From the sequence record MK234886: a DNA stretch of 64,000 bases; one strand, given 5' to 3'. Shown one piece after another: positions 26,625-39,665 of this stretch (position 1 is the first letter of the stretch; each line of letters begins with the position of its first letter). Origin of the DNA: Escherichia phage AnYang. The translations under genes and the position numbers were made by a program. The notes beneath the pieces were generated by a model. It saw only the letters and a list, made by a program, of their open reading frames with translations, searched no databases and had not been told where the DNA came from.

Positions 26625-28169
26625 ATGATTGACAAACTGAGTATTAAAGAACTTCCGTTTGTCGATGGTGTACCCGATGCATCCCAAGAGCGTATCCGTT
26701 GGATACGCAATGGAGAATGTATTGAAGGAGCCACGACTAAATACGGTCACGACGGTAATTTGAATGCCCCTGCTTTAGGAGTACAAACCAACGTAGTTAG
26801 ATTAGAAGAAAACAGTATAGCTTCTAAAGACAAAATTAACGAGCTTGTGGATAACGTTAATTTGATTAATGAAGCCCTAGATATTTCTACTGATACAGGT
26901 GTTATTCAGCAAATTGAAAAGAACCGTGTCGATATACTGGCTGTGGATGAAAAGGCTTCCGAAACTAAACAAGAATTAGGTGACTTAACCGTTAATTTTA
27001 ATTTTTTAGAAGAAGATGTAGGTTATTATGACCCTTCTTTAGACGGCCCGTATCTCACTGTCAGAGAAAATATAAATCTTCTTAAATCTGAAATAGGTCA
27101 TTATGCGAACCAGGATATAAACAGCCAACCGCTTCCTCCAGGTGAAACTTCTGAAGCCACCGGCATGAAACGTCGCATTATGGATAATACCAGTGCTATT
27201 GTCGACCATTCACAACGTATAGATACCCTTGAAAAGAATTACGAAGATTCTGATGTAGGGCAGCTTGGGCTTAAGATTAACGAAATTCGTGAAGAACTTG
27301 GCCCTCATATCGATACCATAGGTAAACAACCGGCGTATACCAGGATTTCCACTCTTGAAACTGCTGCTGTAAGCTTTAACGAATCAATAGATTCTATCAA
27401 AACCAGTATAGGTTTTAATAAAGGCCCTATTGATACAAGAGTAACCACGCTGGAAACTAAAACTTCCACTTTAGAAAACACTGTTAATAACGGTTTGACC
27501 CCTAGAGTTACTGCAGTGGAAACCGCTATCGGTGCAGCAGATACCCCTACTTCTATTAACGGTAGATTAGGTGGCTTACGTACTGATGTTAACGAACTAA
27601 AAACTATAGTAGGTGCTAGTTCATCCGAAGGGCTTCGTTTCCAGATTTCTGATATTGACCGTAAAATTGGTGCCGATGTAAGTCCGGCTGCAGGAACAAT
27701 TAATAAACGTCTGAATGACCTTACGACTCAAGGTAATACTTCAGCCTCTACTATTCAGGACTTGCAGGCCGAAATTGGTAATAACCAAACGGGTATTAAA
27801 GGGTCTATTCTTAAAATTACCAACCAAATTGAAGGAACAAACCCTAACGGTAGTACTGTAGAAGAACGAGGGTTAATAAACTCTGTTAAAGGCCTTGAAG
27901 CTCAAATGCCTACTAAATTGGGTGACGCCCCTGCTGATGGTAAATTATACGGACGCAAAGATGCGGCTTGGGCTGAAATCCTTGGCACTACAGAAATTGA
28001 TACAGTCAAAGCTTCTTTATTGGTGGCTGAAGGTAAAATCACTGCACTAGAAACTGAGTTGGCTAAACGCCCTCCTGTTGCTCCTGTGGCTGACGGACTT
28101 CCGTATGTTCTGGTTAATAACGCATGGGTACTATTGTCAGATTTTGTGACTTTAAACCCAGCACCATAA
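26625..28169 (+). CDS. wac: fibritin (whisker/neck fibre), ATG 26625 (ORF track start 26556)
   Basis: N-terminus MIDKLSIKELPFVDGVPDA resembles T4 fibritin start; coiled-coil body; foldon-like C-terminus YVLVNNAWVLLSDF. Confidence 0.85.
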   Translation: MIDKLSIKELPFVDGVPDASQERIRWIRNGECIEGATTKYGHDGNLNAPALGVQTNVVRLEENSIASKDKINELVDNVNLINEALDISTDTGVIQQIEKNRVDILAVDEKASETKQELGDLTVNFNFLEEDVGYYDPSLDGPYLTVRENINLLKSEIGHYANQDINSQPLPPGETSEATGMKRRIMDNTSAIVDHSQRIDTLEKNYEDSDVGQLGLKINEIREELGPHIDTIGKQPAYTRISTLETAAVSFNESIDSIKTSIGFNKGPIDTRVTTLETKTSTLENTVNNGLTPRVTAVETAIGAADTPTSINGRLGGLRTDVNELKTIVGASSSEGLRFQISDIDRKIGADVSPAAGTINKRLNDLTTQGNTSASTIQDLQAEIGNNQTGIKGSILKITNQIEGTNPNGSTVEERGLINSVKGLEAQMPTKLGDAPADGKLYGRKDAAWAEILGTTEIDTVKASLLVAEGKITALETELAKRPPVAPVADGLPYVLVNNAWVLLSDFVTLNPAP

Positions 28170-28174
28170 TAAAA

Positions 28175-28186
28175 GGGCTTCGGCCC
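28175..28186 (+). terminator. rho-independent terminator GGGC-UUCG-GCCC + U7
   Basis: hairpin with UUCG tetraloop followed by TTTTTTT after wac. Confidence 0.6.
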
Positions 28187-28195
28187 TTTTTTTGC

Positions 28196-28203
28196 TATAA
28201 ATA
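28196..28203 (+). promoter_or_regulatory. late promoter TATAAATA for gene 13
   Basis: exact consensus about 22 nt upstream of ATG 28225. Confidence 0.6.
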
Positions 28204-28224
28204 CGGTTATTAGAGGAATAAAAC

Positions 28225-29157
28225 ATGGCAAGCGAATCATTTAACCCTAAGCAACTCAAGGACGCTATCCTGCGCCGCCTGGGTGCGCCGATTACAAATA
28301 TTGAAGTAACTACAGACCAAGTATACGATTGCATCCAGCGGGCCCTAGAGCTCTACGGTGAGTATCATTATAACGGGTATAACAAAGGTTATCAGGCTTT
28401 TTATATCGGTCATGATGATGAAGAAAAATTCCGTAATGGAGTGTTTGACCTTAAAGGACGTAATATATTTGCAGTGACACAAATTTTGAGAACTAACGTG
28501 GGTTCTTTAACATCTATGGACGGGCAAGCAACTTATCCATGGTTTACTGATTTTGTATTAGGCTTAGCAGGTATTAATGGCGGGTTAGGGTCTTCGTGTA
28601 ACAGTTTTGGACCTAATGCCTTCGGCGCCGACCTTGGTTATTTTACCCAGTTAATGCAATATCGTTCTATGATGCAGGACCTTTTGGTTCCACTACCTGA
28701 TTATTGGTATAACGACGCCACCGAACAGTTGAAGGTAATGGGTAACTTTGTTAAAGGCGATTTTATTGTAATTGAAGTTTATACTCGCTCTTTTAATGGA
28801 GTGGATTCTATGGTAGGAAATACTGTAGGATATGGTTATGCTTCAGCTTGTGGTGAAGATGCATGGAGCCCGGGTGCTGTTTGGGATAACCCGTCACGTC
28901 GTATTTCTGGTATGCGTGTAGGTGAGGACCTTGGTCTTCAAGATGGTGCATATAATAACCGTTGGGTTAAAGATTATGCTACTGCATTGGTTAAAGAAGT
29001 CAATGGTAATATTTTGGCCAAACACCAAGGCATGCAACTTGCAGGTGGAACCACTGTAGATGGTATTCGATTGATTGAAGAGGCTCGTTTAGAAAAAGAA
29101 CGTCTTCGTGAAGAATTAGATTTGCTCGACCCACCAACACCTATTTTAATTGGATAA
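28225..29157 (+). CDS. 13: gp13 neck protein
   Basis: 310 aa, synteny. Confidence 0.8.
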   Translation: MASESFNPKQLKDAILRRLGAPITNIEVTTDQVYDCIQRALELYGEYHYNGYNKGYQAFYIGHDDEEKFRNGVFDLKGRNIFAVTQILRTNVGSLTSMDGQATYPWFTDFVLGLAGINGGLGSSCNSFGPNAFGADLGYFTQLMQYRSMMQDLLVPLPDYWYNDATEQLKVMGNFVKGDFIVIEVYTRSFNGVDSMVGNTVGYGYASACGEDAWSPGAVWDNPSRRISGMRVGEDLGLQDGAYNNRWVKDYATALVKEVNGNILAKHQGMQLAGGTTVDGIRLIEEARLEKERLREELDLLDPPTPILIG

Positions 29158-29159
29158 TT

Positions 29160-29933
29160 ATGGCTACTTTCGATTCGAGTTTATTCGCTAAGCTAGAAGA
29201 TAATACTGGCTATGCTAATACGAACGAAACTGAAATAATGAACCCTTTCGTCAACTTTTACAAGCATGAGAATACCCAAACATTGGCTGATGCTTTAGTT
29301 GCTGAGTCTATCCAGATGCGTGGTATTGAGCTTTATTATATACCACGTGAATATGTTAAACCGGACCAGCTATTTGGCGAAGACCTTCAGAACAAATTTA
29401 CTAAAGCCTGGAAGTTTGCAGGATATTTGGATTCCTTTGAAGGTTATTCAGGTGACAATACTTATTTCAGTAAGTTCGGTATGATGGTTAATGATGAAGT
29501 AACAATCACAATTAACCCTAACCTTTTTAAACATCAATGCAATGGCACTGAACCCGTTTCAGGCGACTTGATTTATTTCCCAATGGACAACAGCCTATTT
29601 GAAATTAACTGGGTTCAACCTTACGACCCGTTCTATCAAGTGGGTGCTAACGTCCAGCGTCGAATCACTGCTACCAAGTTCATTTACAACGGTGAAGAAC
29701 TTCGTCCTGAATTACAGAGAAATGAAGGTATTAATATTCCTGAGTTTAGTGAGCTTGATTTAATGCCTGTTAAGAATATCGACGGATTAGCTGATATCTC
29801 CGACATTCAATACGAAGAGGTCAATGAGATTAATGCTGAAGCGGCGGAATTCGTACATCCTTATGTTGTAATTAATGGACGAGGAGAAGATGCTCCTCCT
29901 ACAGCATTTGATGATGCTTTTTTAGATGATTAA
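29160..29933 (+). CDS. 14: gp14 neck protein
   Basis: 257 aa, synteny. Confidence 0.8.
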   Translation: MATFDSSLFAKLEDNTGYANTNETEIMNPFVNFYKHENTQTLADALVAESIQMRGIELYYIPREYVKPDQLFGEDLQNKFTKAWKFAGYLDSFEGYSGDNTYFSKFGMMVNDEVTITINPNLFKHQCNGTEPVSGDLIYFPMDNSLFEINWVQPYDPFYQVGANVQRRITATKFIYNGEELRPELQRNEGINIPEFSELDLMPVKNIDGLADISDIQYEEVNEINAEAAEFVHPYVVINGRGEDAPPTAFDDAFLDD

Positions 29934-29971
29934 ATAATACATGGCGCATGGTGCGCCATTTAGGAGGTTTG

Positions 29972-30834
29972 ATGTTTGGACATTGGTATAATAGTTCGCT
30001 ACGTCGCTATATTGTTTTGATGGGTGATTTATTTTCCCATGTTCAAGTAGCACGTCAAAGAGAAGATACAGGGCTTAAATTTATTAAAGTTCCTATCACG
30101 TATGCTTCTAAAGAAAGATTTATGGCAAATTTGGGTAAATGGACTGCTGTTCAAAATATTCCAAACCCTAATATGTCTCCTAAAGAACGAGCTGAACAAA
30201 AAGCTAAAGTGGAAACAGTTCTTCCACGTATGAACCTTCAAATGGTCGATATGCTTTATAACTCACAATACAAAACAGCTCTTCAGAACAGAACCCAAAT
30301 TCAATTTGAGAATGGTGACCCGAGAAAACGAGTTAGCCAATATTCTCCTACTCCGGTTAAAATGATTTTCGAACTGGGTATTTACACTAGAACCCAAGAT
30401 GATATGTTCCAAATTGTGGAACAGATTATGCCTTATTTCCAACCTCATTTTAATACAACAATCACTGAACTCTATACAAACGAGATTAAATTTGACCGCG
30501 ATATTCGTATTGTGTTCCAGTCTATTGCAATGGACGAACAATTAGAAGGTGATACCACTTCACGTCGTCGTTTAGAATGGTCTATGATGTTTGAGGTTAA
30601 CGGGTGGTTATATCCTCCTGTGAAAGAAATGGAAGGCGAAATTAAAACCATTTATCTTGATTTCTTTGCTAACTCAAAGGAACTCGCTCCTGAAGGTAAT
30701 TTCGAATCGGTTGATAGCGAAGTGGTTCCGAGAGGTGTAGAACAAACAGAATGGGACGGAAGTTCCGTTCAAACATATTCACAAGATATTCCAGTGCCTG
30801 TCGAGCCAGCGCCTCCAGCCCCAAGGAGAAACCC

Positions 30835-30838
<4 letters not shown>
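29972..30838 (+). CDS. 15: gp15 tail sheath stabiliser / tail completion (ATG 29972 with AGGAGG RBS; ORF track start 29948)
   Basis: N-terminus [13 protein letters not shown] resembles T4 gp15 start; 288 aa. Confidence 0.85.
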
Positions 30839-33148
<2,310 letters not shown>

Positions 33149-33177
33149 ACAATAAAGCATAACCAAGAGGATTCAAA

Positions 33178-35160
33178 ATGTCTTTATTATCACCGGGCAT
33201 TGAGCTCAAAGAAACGTCCGTACAGAGTACTGTCGTTCGTAACGCAACGGGTCGTGCAGCGCTGGTTGGTAAATTCCAGTGGGGCCCTGCTTTCCAGGTA
33301 ACTCAAATTACTAACGAAGTTGAACTGGTGGATTTGTTTGGAGGTCCTAACAACGAAGTGGCAGATTATTTTATGTCTGGTATGAACTTCCTCCAGTATG
33401 GTAATGACCTTCGTACAGTTCGTGTTGTTAACCGTGAATTCGCTAAAAACGCATCTCCTATTGCAGGCAATATCGAAACCACTATTACTACGGCTGGTTC
33501 TAACTATGCAGTAGGCGATAAAATCAATATTAAATACAACCAAACCGTTGTTGAATCTGAAGGTCGTGTGACTTCTGTAGATACGGATGGTAAAATTCTT
33601 TCCGTGTTTATCCCATCAGCAAAAATTATTGCTTATGCACGTTCTTTAAACCAGTATCCTACCCTGGGTCCGGCTTGGACTGCTGAAGTAACTTCCGCTT
33701 CTTCTGGTGTTTCCGGTACTATTACCGTAGGTAAAATTGTTACGGATTCTGGTATTCTGTTGACTGAAGCAGAGAACAGTGAAGAAGCTATTACTTCCTT
33801 GGAATTCCAAGCATCTCTTAAACAGTTTGCTATGCCAGGCGTAGTTGCTCTTTATCCGGGTGAAATTGGTTCTACTTTGGAAGTTGAAATTGTTTCTAAA
33901 GCAGCTTATGATGCCGGTTCTACTAAAATGTTGGATATTTATCCAAATGGTGGTTCCCGTGCTTCTATTGCCAAGGCAGTATTTAACTACGGCCCACAAA
34001 CAGATGACCAATACGCAATTATTGTTCGTCGTGATGGCGCTATCGTAGAATCCGTCGTACTTTCCACCAAAGAAGGTGAAAAAGACGTTTACGGTAATAA
34101 CATTTATCTCGACGACTATTTCGCTAAAGGTACTTCTAACTATATTTTTGCTACCTCTTTGAACTGGCCTAAAGGCTTCAGTGGTATCATTAATCTGATG
34201 GGTGGTGTTTCTGCCAACGATAAAGTTACCGCAGGCGATTTGATGCAAGGTTGGGATTTGTTTGCCGATCGCGAAGCCCTCCATATTAACCTTTTGATTG
34301 CTGGTGCTGTTGCCGGTGAAGGTGATGAAGTTGCTTCTACCGTCCAGAAACACGTTGTTAGTATTGCTGATGAACGTCAGGATTGCTTAGCCTTTATTTC
34401 TCCTCCTAAGGGTCTTTTGGTTAACGTTCCATTGACTCGCGCAGTAGATAACCTTATTGACTGGCGTACCGGTGCAGGTACTTTCGATGCCAACAATATG
34501 AACATTAGCACCACTTATGCTGCTATTGACGGTAACTATAAATATCAGTATGACAAATATAATGACGTAAACCGTTGGGTGCCTCTGGCAGCCGATATGG
34601 CCGGTTTGTGTGCACGTACAGATGATGTTTCTCAGCCTTGGATGTCTCCGGCTGGTTATAACCGTGGTCAGATTCTTAACGTTCTGAAATTGGCAATTGA
34701 ACCACGCCAAGCTCAACGTGACCGCATGTACCAAGAAGCTATTAACCCAGTTGTCGGTTTTGCTGGTGGTGATGGTTTCGTATTGTTTGGTGATAAGACT
34801 GCAACTAAAGTTCCATCTCCGATGGACCATATTAACGTTCGCCGTCTGTTCAACATGCTTAAGAAAAATATCGGTGATGCCTCTAAATATAAACTGTTTG
34901 AATTGAACGACAACTTCACTCGTTCAAGCTTCCGTATGGAAGTTTCTCAGTACTTAGATGGTATTAAGGCACTTGGTGGGATTTATGAAGGACGTGTGGT
35001 TTGTGATACTACAGTGAACACCCCTGCGGTTATCGACCGTAATGAGTTTATTGCTAATATCTACGTTAAACCTTCTCGTTCTATTAACTACATCACGTTG
35101 AACTTCGTTGCAACGAGCACTGGTGCTGATTTTGATGAATTGATTGGACCTTTAGTATAA
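33178..35160 (+). CDS. 18: gp18 tail sheath protein
   Basis: 660 aa, synteny. Confidence 0.9.
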   Translation: MSLLSPGIELKETSVQSTVVRNATGRAALVGKFQWGPAFQVTQITNEVELVDLFGGPNNEVADYFMSGMNFLQYGNDLRTVRVVNREFAKNASPIAGNIETTITTAGSNYAVGDKINIKYNQTVVESEGRVTSVDTDGKILSVFIPSAKIIAYARSLNQYPTLGPAWTAEVTSASSGVSGTITVGKIVTDSGILLTEAENSEEAITSLEFQASLKQFAMPGVVALYPGEIGSTLEVEIVSKAAYDAGSTKMLDIYPNGGSRASIAKAVFNYGPQTDDQYAIIVRRDGAIVESVVLSTKEGEKDVYGNNIYLDDYFAKGTSNYIFATSLNWPKGFSGIINLMGGVSANDKVTAGDLMQGWDLFADREALHINLLIAGAVAGEGDEVASTVQKHVVSIADERQDCLAFISPPKGLLVNVPLTRAVDNLIDWRTGAGTFDANNMNISTTYAAIDGNYKYQYDKYNDVNRWVPLAADMAGLCARTDDVSQPWMSPAGYNRGQILNVLKLAIEPRQAQRDRMYQEAINPVVGFAGGDGFVLFGDKTATKVPSPMDHINVRRLFNMLKKNIGDASKYKLFELNDNFTRSSFRMEVSQYLDGIKALGGIYEGRVVCDTTVNTPAVIDRNEFIANIYVKPSRSINYITLNFVATSTGADFDELIGPLV

Positions 35161-35285
35161 TCTATTATCCCAGGCTGTAATATAAAGAACCTAAAACCAT
35201 TATACCATGTGTTTGGTTACAGCGTACATCACGTAGAATTGCGCCTGGGACTGATTATTCTTTAGGAATATGATTTATCAACTGT

Positions 35286-35293
35286 TATAAATA
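35286..35293 (+). promoter_or_regulatory. late promoter TATAAATA for gene 19, followed by leader hairpin GTTCCTGG-tgtgt-CCAGGAAC (35307-35327)
   Basis: consensus plus perfect 8-bp inverted repeat in 5' leader. Confidence 0.55.
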
Positions 35294-35345
35294 AATTAAT
35301 CAGAACGTTCCTGGTGTGTCCAGGAACTGACTTATGAGGCATCCC

Positions 35346-35837
35346 ATGGAGTTGACAGATATCACTCGTGCATTTGAGTCAGGTGACTTTGCACGCCCTA
35401 ACCTTTTCGAAGTGGAAATTCCATTTCTCGGTAAAAACTTTAGCTTTAAATGTAAAGCAGCACCTATGCCGGCAGGCATTGTAGAAAAAGTACCGGTTGG
35501 CTACATGAACCGTAAAATTAACGTAGCTGGTGACCGTACGTTTGATGATTGGACTATTACCATTTATAACGATGATGCACATGACACTCGTCAAGCAATT
35601 GTTGATTGGCAGAATCTCTGTCATGGTATGACCAATGAAATTACGGGTGCAGCACCTGCAGAATATAAGAAACAAGCAGTAGTTCGCCAGTTCCATCGTG
35701 ACGGCAAGACTGTGACCAAAGAAGTTACAATTTACGGCTTATGGCCTACTAACGTTGGTGAAGTCCAGATGGATTGGGACAGTAACAACGAAGTTGAAAC
35801 GTTTGAAAGTACGTTCGCTATCGATTGGTGGGAATGA
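35346..35837 (+). CDS. 19: gp19 tail tube protein (ATG 35346; ORF track start 35334)
   Basis: 163 aa from ATG 35346; N-terminus ...TRAFESGDFARPNLF resembles T4 gp19. Confidence 0.9.
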   Translation: MELTDITRAFESGDFARPNLFEVEIPFLGKNFSFKCKAAPMPAGIVEKVPVGYMNRKINVAGDRTFDDWTITIYNDDAHDTRQAIVDWQNLCHGMTNEITGAAPAEYKKQAVVRQFHRDGKTVTKEVTIYGLWPTNVGEVQMDWDSNNEVETFESTFAIDWWE

Positions 35838-35838
35838 G

Positions 35839-35846
35839 TATAAATA
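35839..35846 (+). promoter_or_regulatory. late promoter TATAAATA for gene 20, followed by hairpin AAGGAGC-UUCG-GCUCCUU (35855-35872)
   Basis: consensus directly after gene 19 stop; UUCG hairpin in leader. Confidence 0.55.
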
Positions 35847-35894
35847 GAATTATCAAGGAGCTTCGGCTCCTTATCCCATTCATCGGAGACTCTA

Positions 35895-37469
35895 ATGGCA
35901 AACTTTAATACAATATTAAGTTTTCTTAAGCCATGGGCTAATGAAGACGAAAAAGAATATAAACAACAAATTAATAACAATTTAGAGTCTGTCACCGCAC
36001 CTAAGCTTGATGATGGCGCTCGCGAAATTGAGACGCAAGAGCAAAATATTCCTTATAATGCTCTTATGCAACAGATGTTTGGTAGTAATGAGCCTGAAGT
36101 TAAAAATACCAGGGAACTTATTGATACCTACCGTAATTTAATGAATAACTATGAAGTCGACAACGCCGTACAGGAAATTGTGTCTGACGCTATTGTCTAT
36201 GAGGATGATAAAGAAGTAGTTGCATTGAATTTAGACGGGACAGAATTTAGTCAAGCAATTAAAGATAAAATCTTGGCCGAATTCAGTGAAGTTTTAAACC
36301 TTTTAAATTTCCAACGTAAAGGCACCGACCATTTCCAACGCTGGTATGTAGACTCAAGAATTTTCTTTCATAAAATTATAAACCCTAAAAAAATGAAAGA
36401 GGGCGTACAAGAGCTTCGTCGCTTAGACCCACGCCAAGTCCAATATATTCGTGAAATCGTTACACGTATGGAAGACGGTGTTAAAATTGTAGACGGATAT
36501 CGTGAGTTTTTCGTTTACGACACAGGTCATGAAAGCTATTGCGCAGATGGACGCGTTTATTCAGCCGGGACTAAAGTTAAAATTCCTCGTGCTGCTGTGG
36601 TTTATGCCCATTCAGGATTATTAGATTGTTGTGGTAAAAACATCATTGGCTATTTGCAACGTGCTATTAAGCCTGCAAACCAGCTTAAATTGATGGAAGA
36701 CGCAATGGTCATTTACCGTATTACCCGTGCTCCTGACCGTCGGGTGTTTTATATCGATACAGGTAATATGCCTTCACGTAAGGCTGCAGCACAAATGCAA
36801 CATATCATGAACACGATGAAAAACCGTGTAGTATATGATGCTTCGACAGGTAAAATTAAAAACCAACAACACAATATGTCCATGACTGAAGACTATTGGT
36901 TGCAACGTCGTGACGGTAAAGCGGTTACAGAAGTTGATACAATGCCAGGTGCTACTGGTATGAGTGATATGGATGACGTTCTTTATTTCCGCACAGCACT
37001 TTATCGTGCGCTGCGTGTTCCTGAATCACGTATCCCTAGCGAGTCTAATTCTGGTGTTATGTTTGATGCCGGTACAGCAATCACTCGTGACGAATTAAAA
37101 TTCTCTAAATGGATTCGTCAACTACAAAACAAATTTGAAGAAATTTTCCTAGACCCGTTAAAAACCAACCTCATTCTTAAAAAGATTATTACAGAAGATG
37201 AGTGGGAAAAGGAAATAAATAATATTAAAGTTACGTTTAACCGTGATAGCTATTTCAGTGAAATGAAAGATGCTGAAATCATGGAACGCAGAATCAATAT
37301 GCTAACGATGGCTGAACCATTTATTGGTAAGTACATTTCACATCAAACGGCTATGAAAGATTTCCTCCAAATGACTGACGAAGAAATTAATCAAGAAGCT
37401 AAGCAAATTGAAGAAGAGTCTAAAGAGGCTCGTTTCCAAAACCCAGATGAAGAAGAAGAGGATTTCTAA
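35895..37469 (+). CDS. 20: gp20 portal protein
   Basis: 524 aa, synteny. Confidence 0.9.
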   Translation: MANFNTILSFLKPWANEDEKEYKQQINNNLESVTAPKLDDGAREIETQEQNIPYNALMQQMFGSNEPEVKNTRELIDTYRNLMNNYEVDNAVQEIVSDAIVYEDDKEVVALNLDGTEFSQAIKDKILAEFSEVLNLLNFQRKGTDHFQRWYVDSRIFFHKIINPKKMKEGVQELRRLDPRQVQYIREIVTRMEDGVKIVDGYREFFVYDTGHESYCADGRVYSAGTKVKIPRAAVVYAHSGLLDCCGKNIIGYLQRAIKPANQLKLMEDAMVIYRITRAPDRRVFYIDTGNMPSRKAAAQMQHIMNTMKNRVVYDASTGKIKNQQHNMSMTEDYWLQRRDGKAVTEVDTMPGATGMSDMDDVLYFRTALYRALRVPESRIPSESNSGVMFDAGTAITRDELKFSKWIRQLQNKFEEIFLDPLKTNLILKKIITEDEWEKEINNIKVTFNRDSYFSEMKDAEIMERRINMLTMAEPFIGKYISHQTAMKDFLQMTDEEINQEAKQIEEESKEARFQNPDEEEEDF

Positions 37470-37735
37470 TGGAAGATTTAATCGAAGCTATTAAATCAAA
37501 CGACCTCGTAGCAGTTCGTAAAGCAGCAGCCCCGCTTATCGAATCTCGAGTAGCCGCTTTGATTGAAGCCCGTAAAGCAGAAATTGCTCGCTCCGTTATG
37601 ATTGAAGGCGAAGAAGCTGACGAAGATGACGAAGACGAAGATAAAGACGAAAAATCCGATAAAGCAGATAAGAAAGACAAAAAAGAATCTGACGATGCGG
37701 ATGAAGGTGATGATGACGACGAGGACGACGAATAA
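37469..37735 (+). CDS. 67: gp67 prohead core protein (acidic)
   Basis: 88 aa with poly-acidic C-terminus; synteny 20-67-68-21. Confidence 0.75.
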   Translation: MEDLIEAIKSNDLVAVRKAAAPLIESRVAALIEARKAEIARSVMIEGEEADEDDEDEDKDEKSDKADKKDKKESDDADEGDDDDEDDE

Positions 37736-38163
37736 TGTTCCTTATCCCTGATGATTACGAATTAACTCTAGAAAGCGTAGAGGCCAAAATTCCAGAAGCA
37801 CAGGGACGTTTTGCTGCTCTTTCTGAAGCGCTCGAGAAAAGCGATATAAATAATCTTGTAGAGAACATGATTGCTGAAGGCGATATCGAATGTGCTATCG
37901 CTCTTGGTTCTTTAAATGAATCAATGGCTCTTAACGAATTTATCGTTAAACACGTTTCCTCTAAAGGTGTGCTTACTCGTACTAAAGATATTAAAACCCG
38001 TCAACGTAACGCATTCCAAACGACCGGGTTATCTAAAGCAAAGCGCCGTCAGATTGCTCGCAAAGCATCTAAAACCAAACGTGCTAATCCATCTACTCAA
38101 GTGCGTGCTGAACGTAAGCGTAAGAAAGCCCGTTCTAAACGTAAAGCTTTTGGACTTAACTAA
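37735..38163 (+). CDS. 68: gp68 prohead core protein
   Basis: 142 aa, basic C-terminus, synteny. Confidence 0.75.
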   Translation: MFLIPDDYELTLESVEAKIPEAQGRFAALSEALEKSDINNLVENMIAEGDIECAIALGSLNESMALNEFIVKHVSSKGVLTRTKDIKTRQRNAFQTTGLSKAKRRQIARKASKTKRANPSTQVRAERKRKKARSKRKAFGLN

Positions 38164-38798
38164 TGAAACCTGAATTGCTCATCGAACATTGGGGACAACC
38201 AGGTGAAATTATCGATGGGGTTCCTATGTTGGAATCTCATGATGGAAAAAATTCTGGGCTTGCTCCCGGCCTTTATATAGAAGGCATTTTCATGCAAGCA
38301 GAGGTAGTTAACCGTAATAAACGCCTTTACCCAAAACCTATTTTGGAAAAAGCCGTTGCCGATTATATGGCAGAACAGGTTGCTACTAAACAAGCTTTAG
38401 GAGAATTAAACCACCCACCTCGTGCTAACGTTGACCCTATGCAAGCCGCTATTATTATTGAAGATATGTGGTGGAAAGGTAATGATGTTTATGGACGCGC
38501 ACGTATCATCGAAGGTGACCATGGCCCAGGTGATAAACTAGCTGCAAATATCCGTGCCGGTTGGGTTCCTGGTGTTAGTTCTCGTGGTCTTGGTTCTTTA
38601 ACCGAAACCAACAAAGGATATAAGCGTGTAAACGAAGGTTATAAATTAACCGTCGGTGTTGATGCAGTATGGGGACCATCTGCTCCTGATGCTTATGTAA
38701 CTCCAAAGCAAATTACAGAATCACAAACGGTAGAAACCGATACCAGTGCCGATGACGCCTTTATGGCTCTCGCAGAGGCCATGAAAAAAGCGTTATAA
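38163..38798 (+). CDS. 21: gp21 prohead core protease
   Basis: 211 aa, synteny. Confidence 0.85.
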   Translation: MKPELLIEHWGQPGEIIDGVPMLESHDGKNSGLAPGLYIEGIFMQAEVVNRNKRLYPKPILEKAVADYMAEQVATKQALGELNHPPRANVDPMQAAIIIEDMWWKGNDVYGRARIIEGDHGPGDKLAANIRAGWVPGVSSRGLGSLTETNKGYKRVNEGYKLTVGVDAVWGPSAPDAYVTPKQITESQTVETDTSADDAFMALAEAMKKAL

Positions 38799-38801
38799 AT
38801 A
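38794..38801 (+). promoter_or_regulatory. late promoter TATAAATA for gene 22
   Basis: exact consensus overlapping gene 21 stop, 28 nt upstream of ATG 38829. Confidence 0.5.
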
Positions 38802-38828
38802 TTATTATCTAAACAACAGGACTACAAA

Positions 38829-39644
38829 ATGCTTAAAGAACAACTGATCGCCGAAGCACAGAATATTGATGCTTCCGTTGCTCTTGACAGTATTTTCGAA
38901 TCAGTTAATATTTCTCCGGAAGCAAAAGAAACTTTCGGCACTGTATTCGAAGCTACCGTCAAGCAACACGCCGTGAAACTGGCTGAATCTCACATCGCTA
39001 AAATCGCTGAAAAAGCGGAAGAAGAAGTCGAGAAAAATAAAGAAGAAGCTGAAGAAAAAGCCGATAAGAAAATCCAAGAAGCTGCCGGTCGTTTCCTTGA
39101 CCACGTTGCTAAAGAATGGATGGCTGAAAACCAGCTGGCTGTTGATAAAGGTATTAAAGCCGAACTGTTCGAATCCATGTTGATGGGTATGAAAGAACTG
39201 TTTGTTGAACACAATGTGGTTGTTCCAGAAGAAGCAGTAGATGTTGTTGCTGAAATGGAAGAAGAACTCCAAGAGCAGAAAGATGAAACCGCTCGTCTGT
39301 TCGAAGAAGTTGGTAAGCGCGACGCGTATATTAATTACGTACAGCGTGAAGTTGCTGTTACGGAAGCAACTAAAGACCTGACTGAATCTCAAAAAGAAAA
39401 AGTTAGTTCTCTGGTAGAAGGCATGGATTATTCCGATGCATTCGGTAAAAAAATTGGCGCTATTGTTGAAATGGTTAAAGGTCAGTCTGACGTTGAAAAC
39501 CCAATCACCGAAGCCGCTATAAATAAAAATGTAGACGATGCTGCGGCACTGAATTACATTTCAGAAGCAGTTGAAGAAAAAGGCGCTAAGCCTACCCTGT
39601 CCTTCGCGGACCTGTCTGCAATCGCAGCATCACGAATTTCTTAA
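38829..39644 (+). CDS. 22: gp22 prohead scaffold core protein
   Basis: 271 aa, Glu/Lys-rich coiled coil, synteny. Confidence 0.8.
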   Translation: MLKEQLIAEAQNIDASVALDSIFESVNISPEAKETFGTVFEATVKQHAVKLAESHIAKIAEKAEEEVEKNKEEAEEKADKKIQEAAGRFLDHVAKEWMAENQLAVDKGIKAELFESMLMGMKELFVEHNVVVPEEAVDVVAEMEEELQEQKDETARLFEEVGKRDAYINYVQREVAVTEATKDLTESQKEKVSSLVEGMDYSDAFGKKIGAIVEMVKGQSDVENPITEAAINKNVDDAAALNYISEAVEEKGAKPTLSFADLSAIAASRIS

Positions 39645-39665
39645 TTTAATAAGGTTATACAACAC

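Noticed and set aside
33646-34353. 235 aa minus-strand ORF inside gene 18
   Set aside because: Antisense shadow ORF, low-complexity translation, no start context.
38901-39392. 163 aa minus-strand ORF inside gene 22
   Set aside because: Phe-rich antisense frame produced by the GAA/AAA-rich sense strand.
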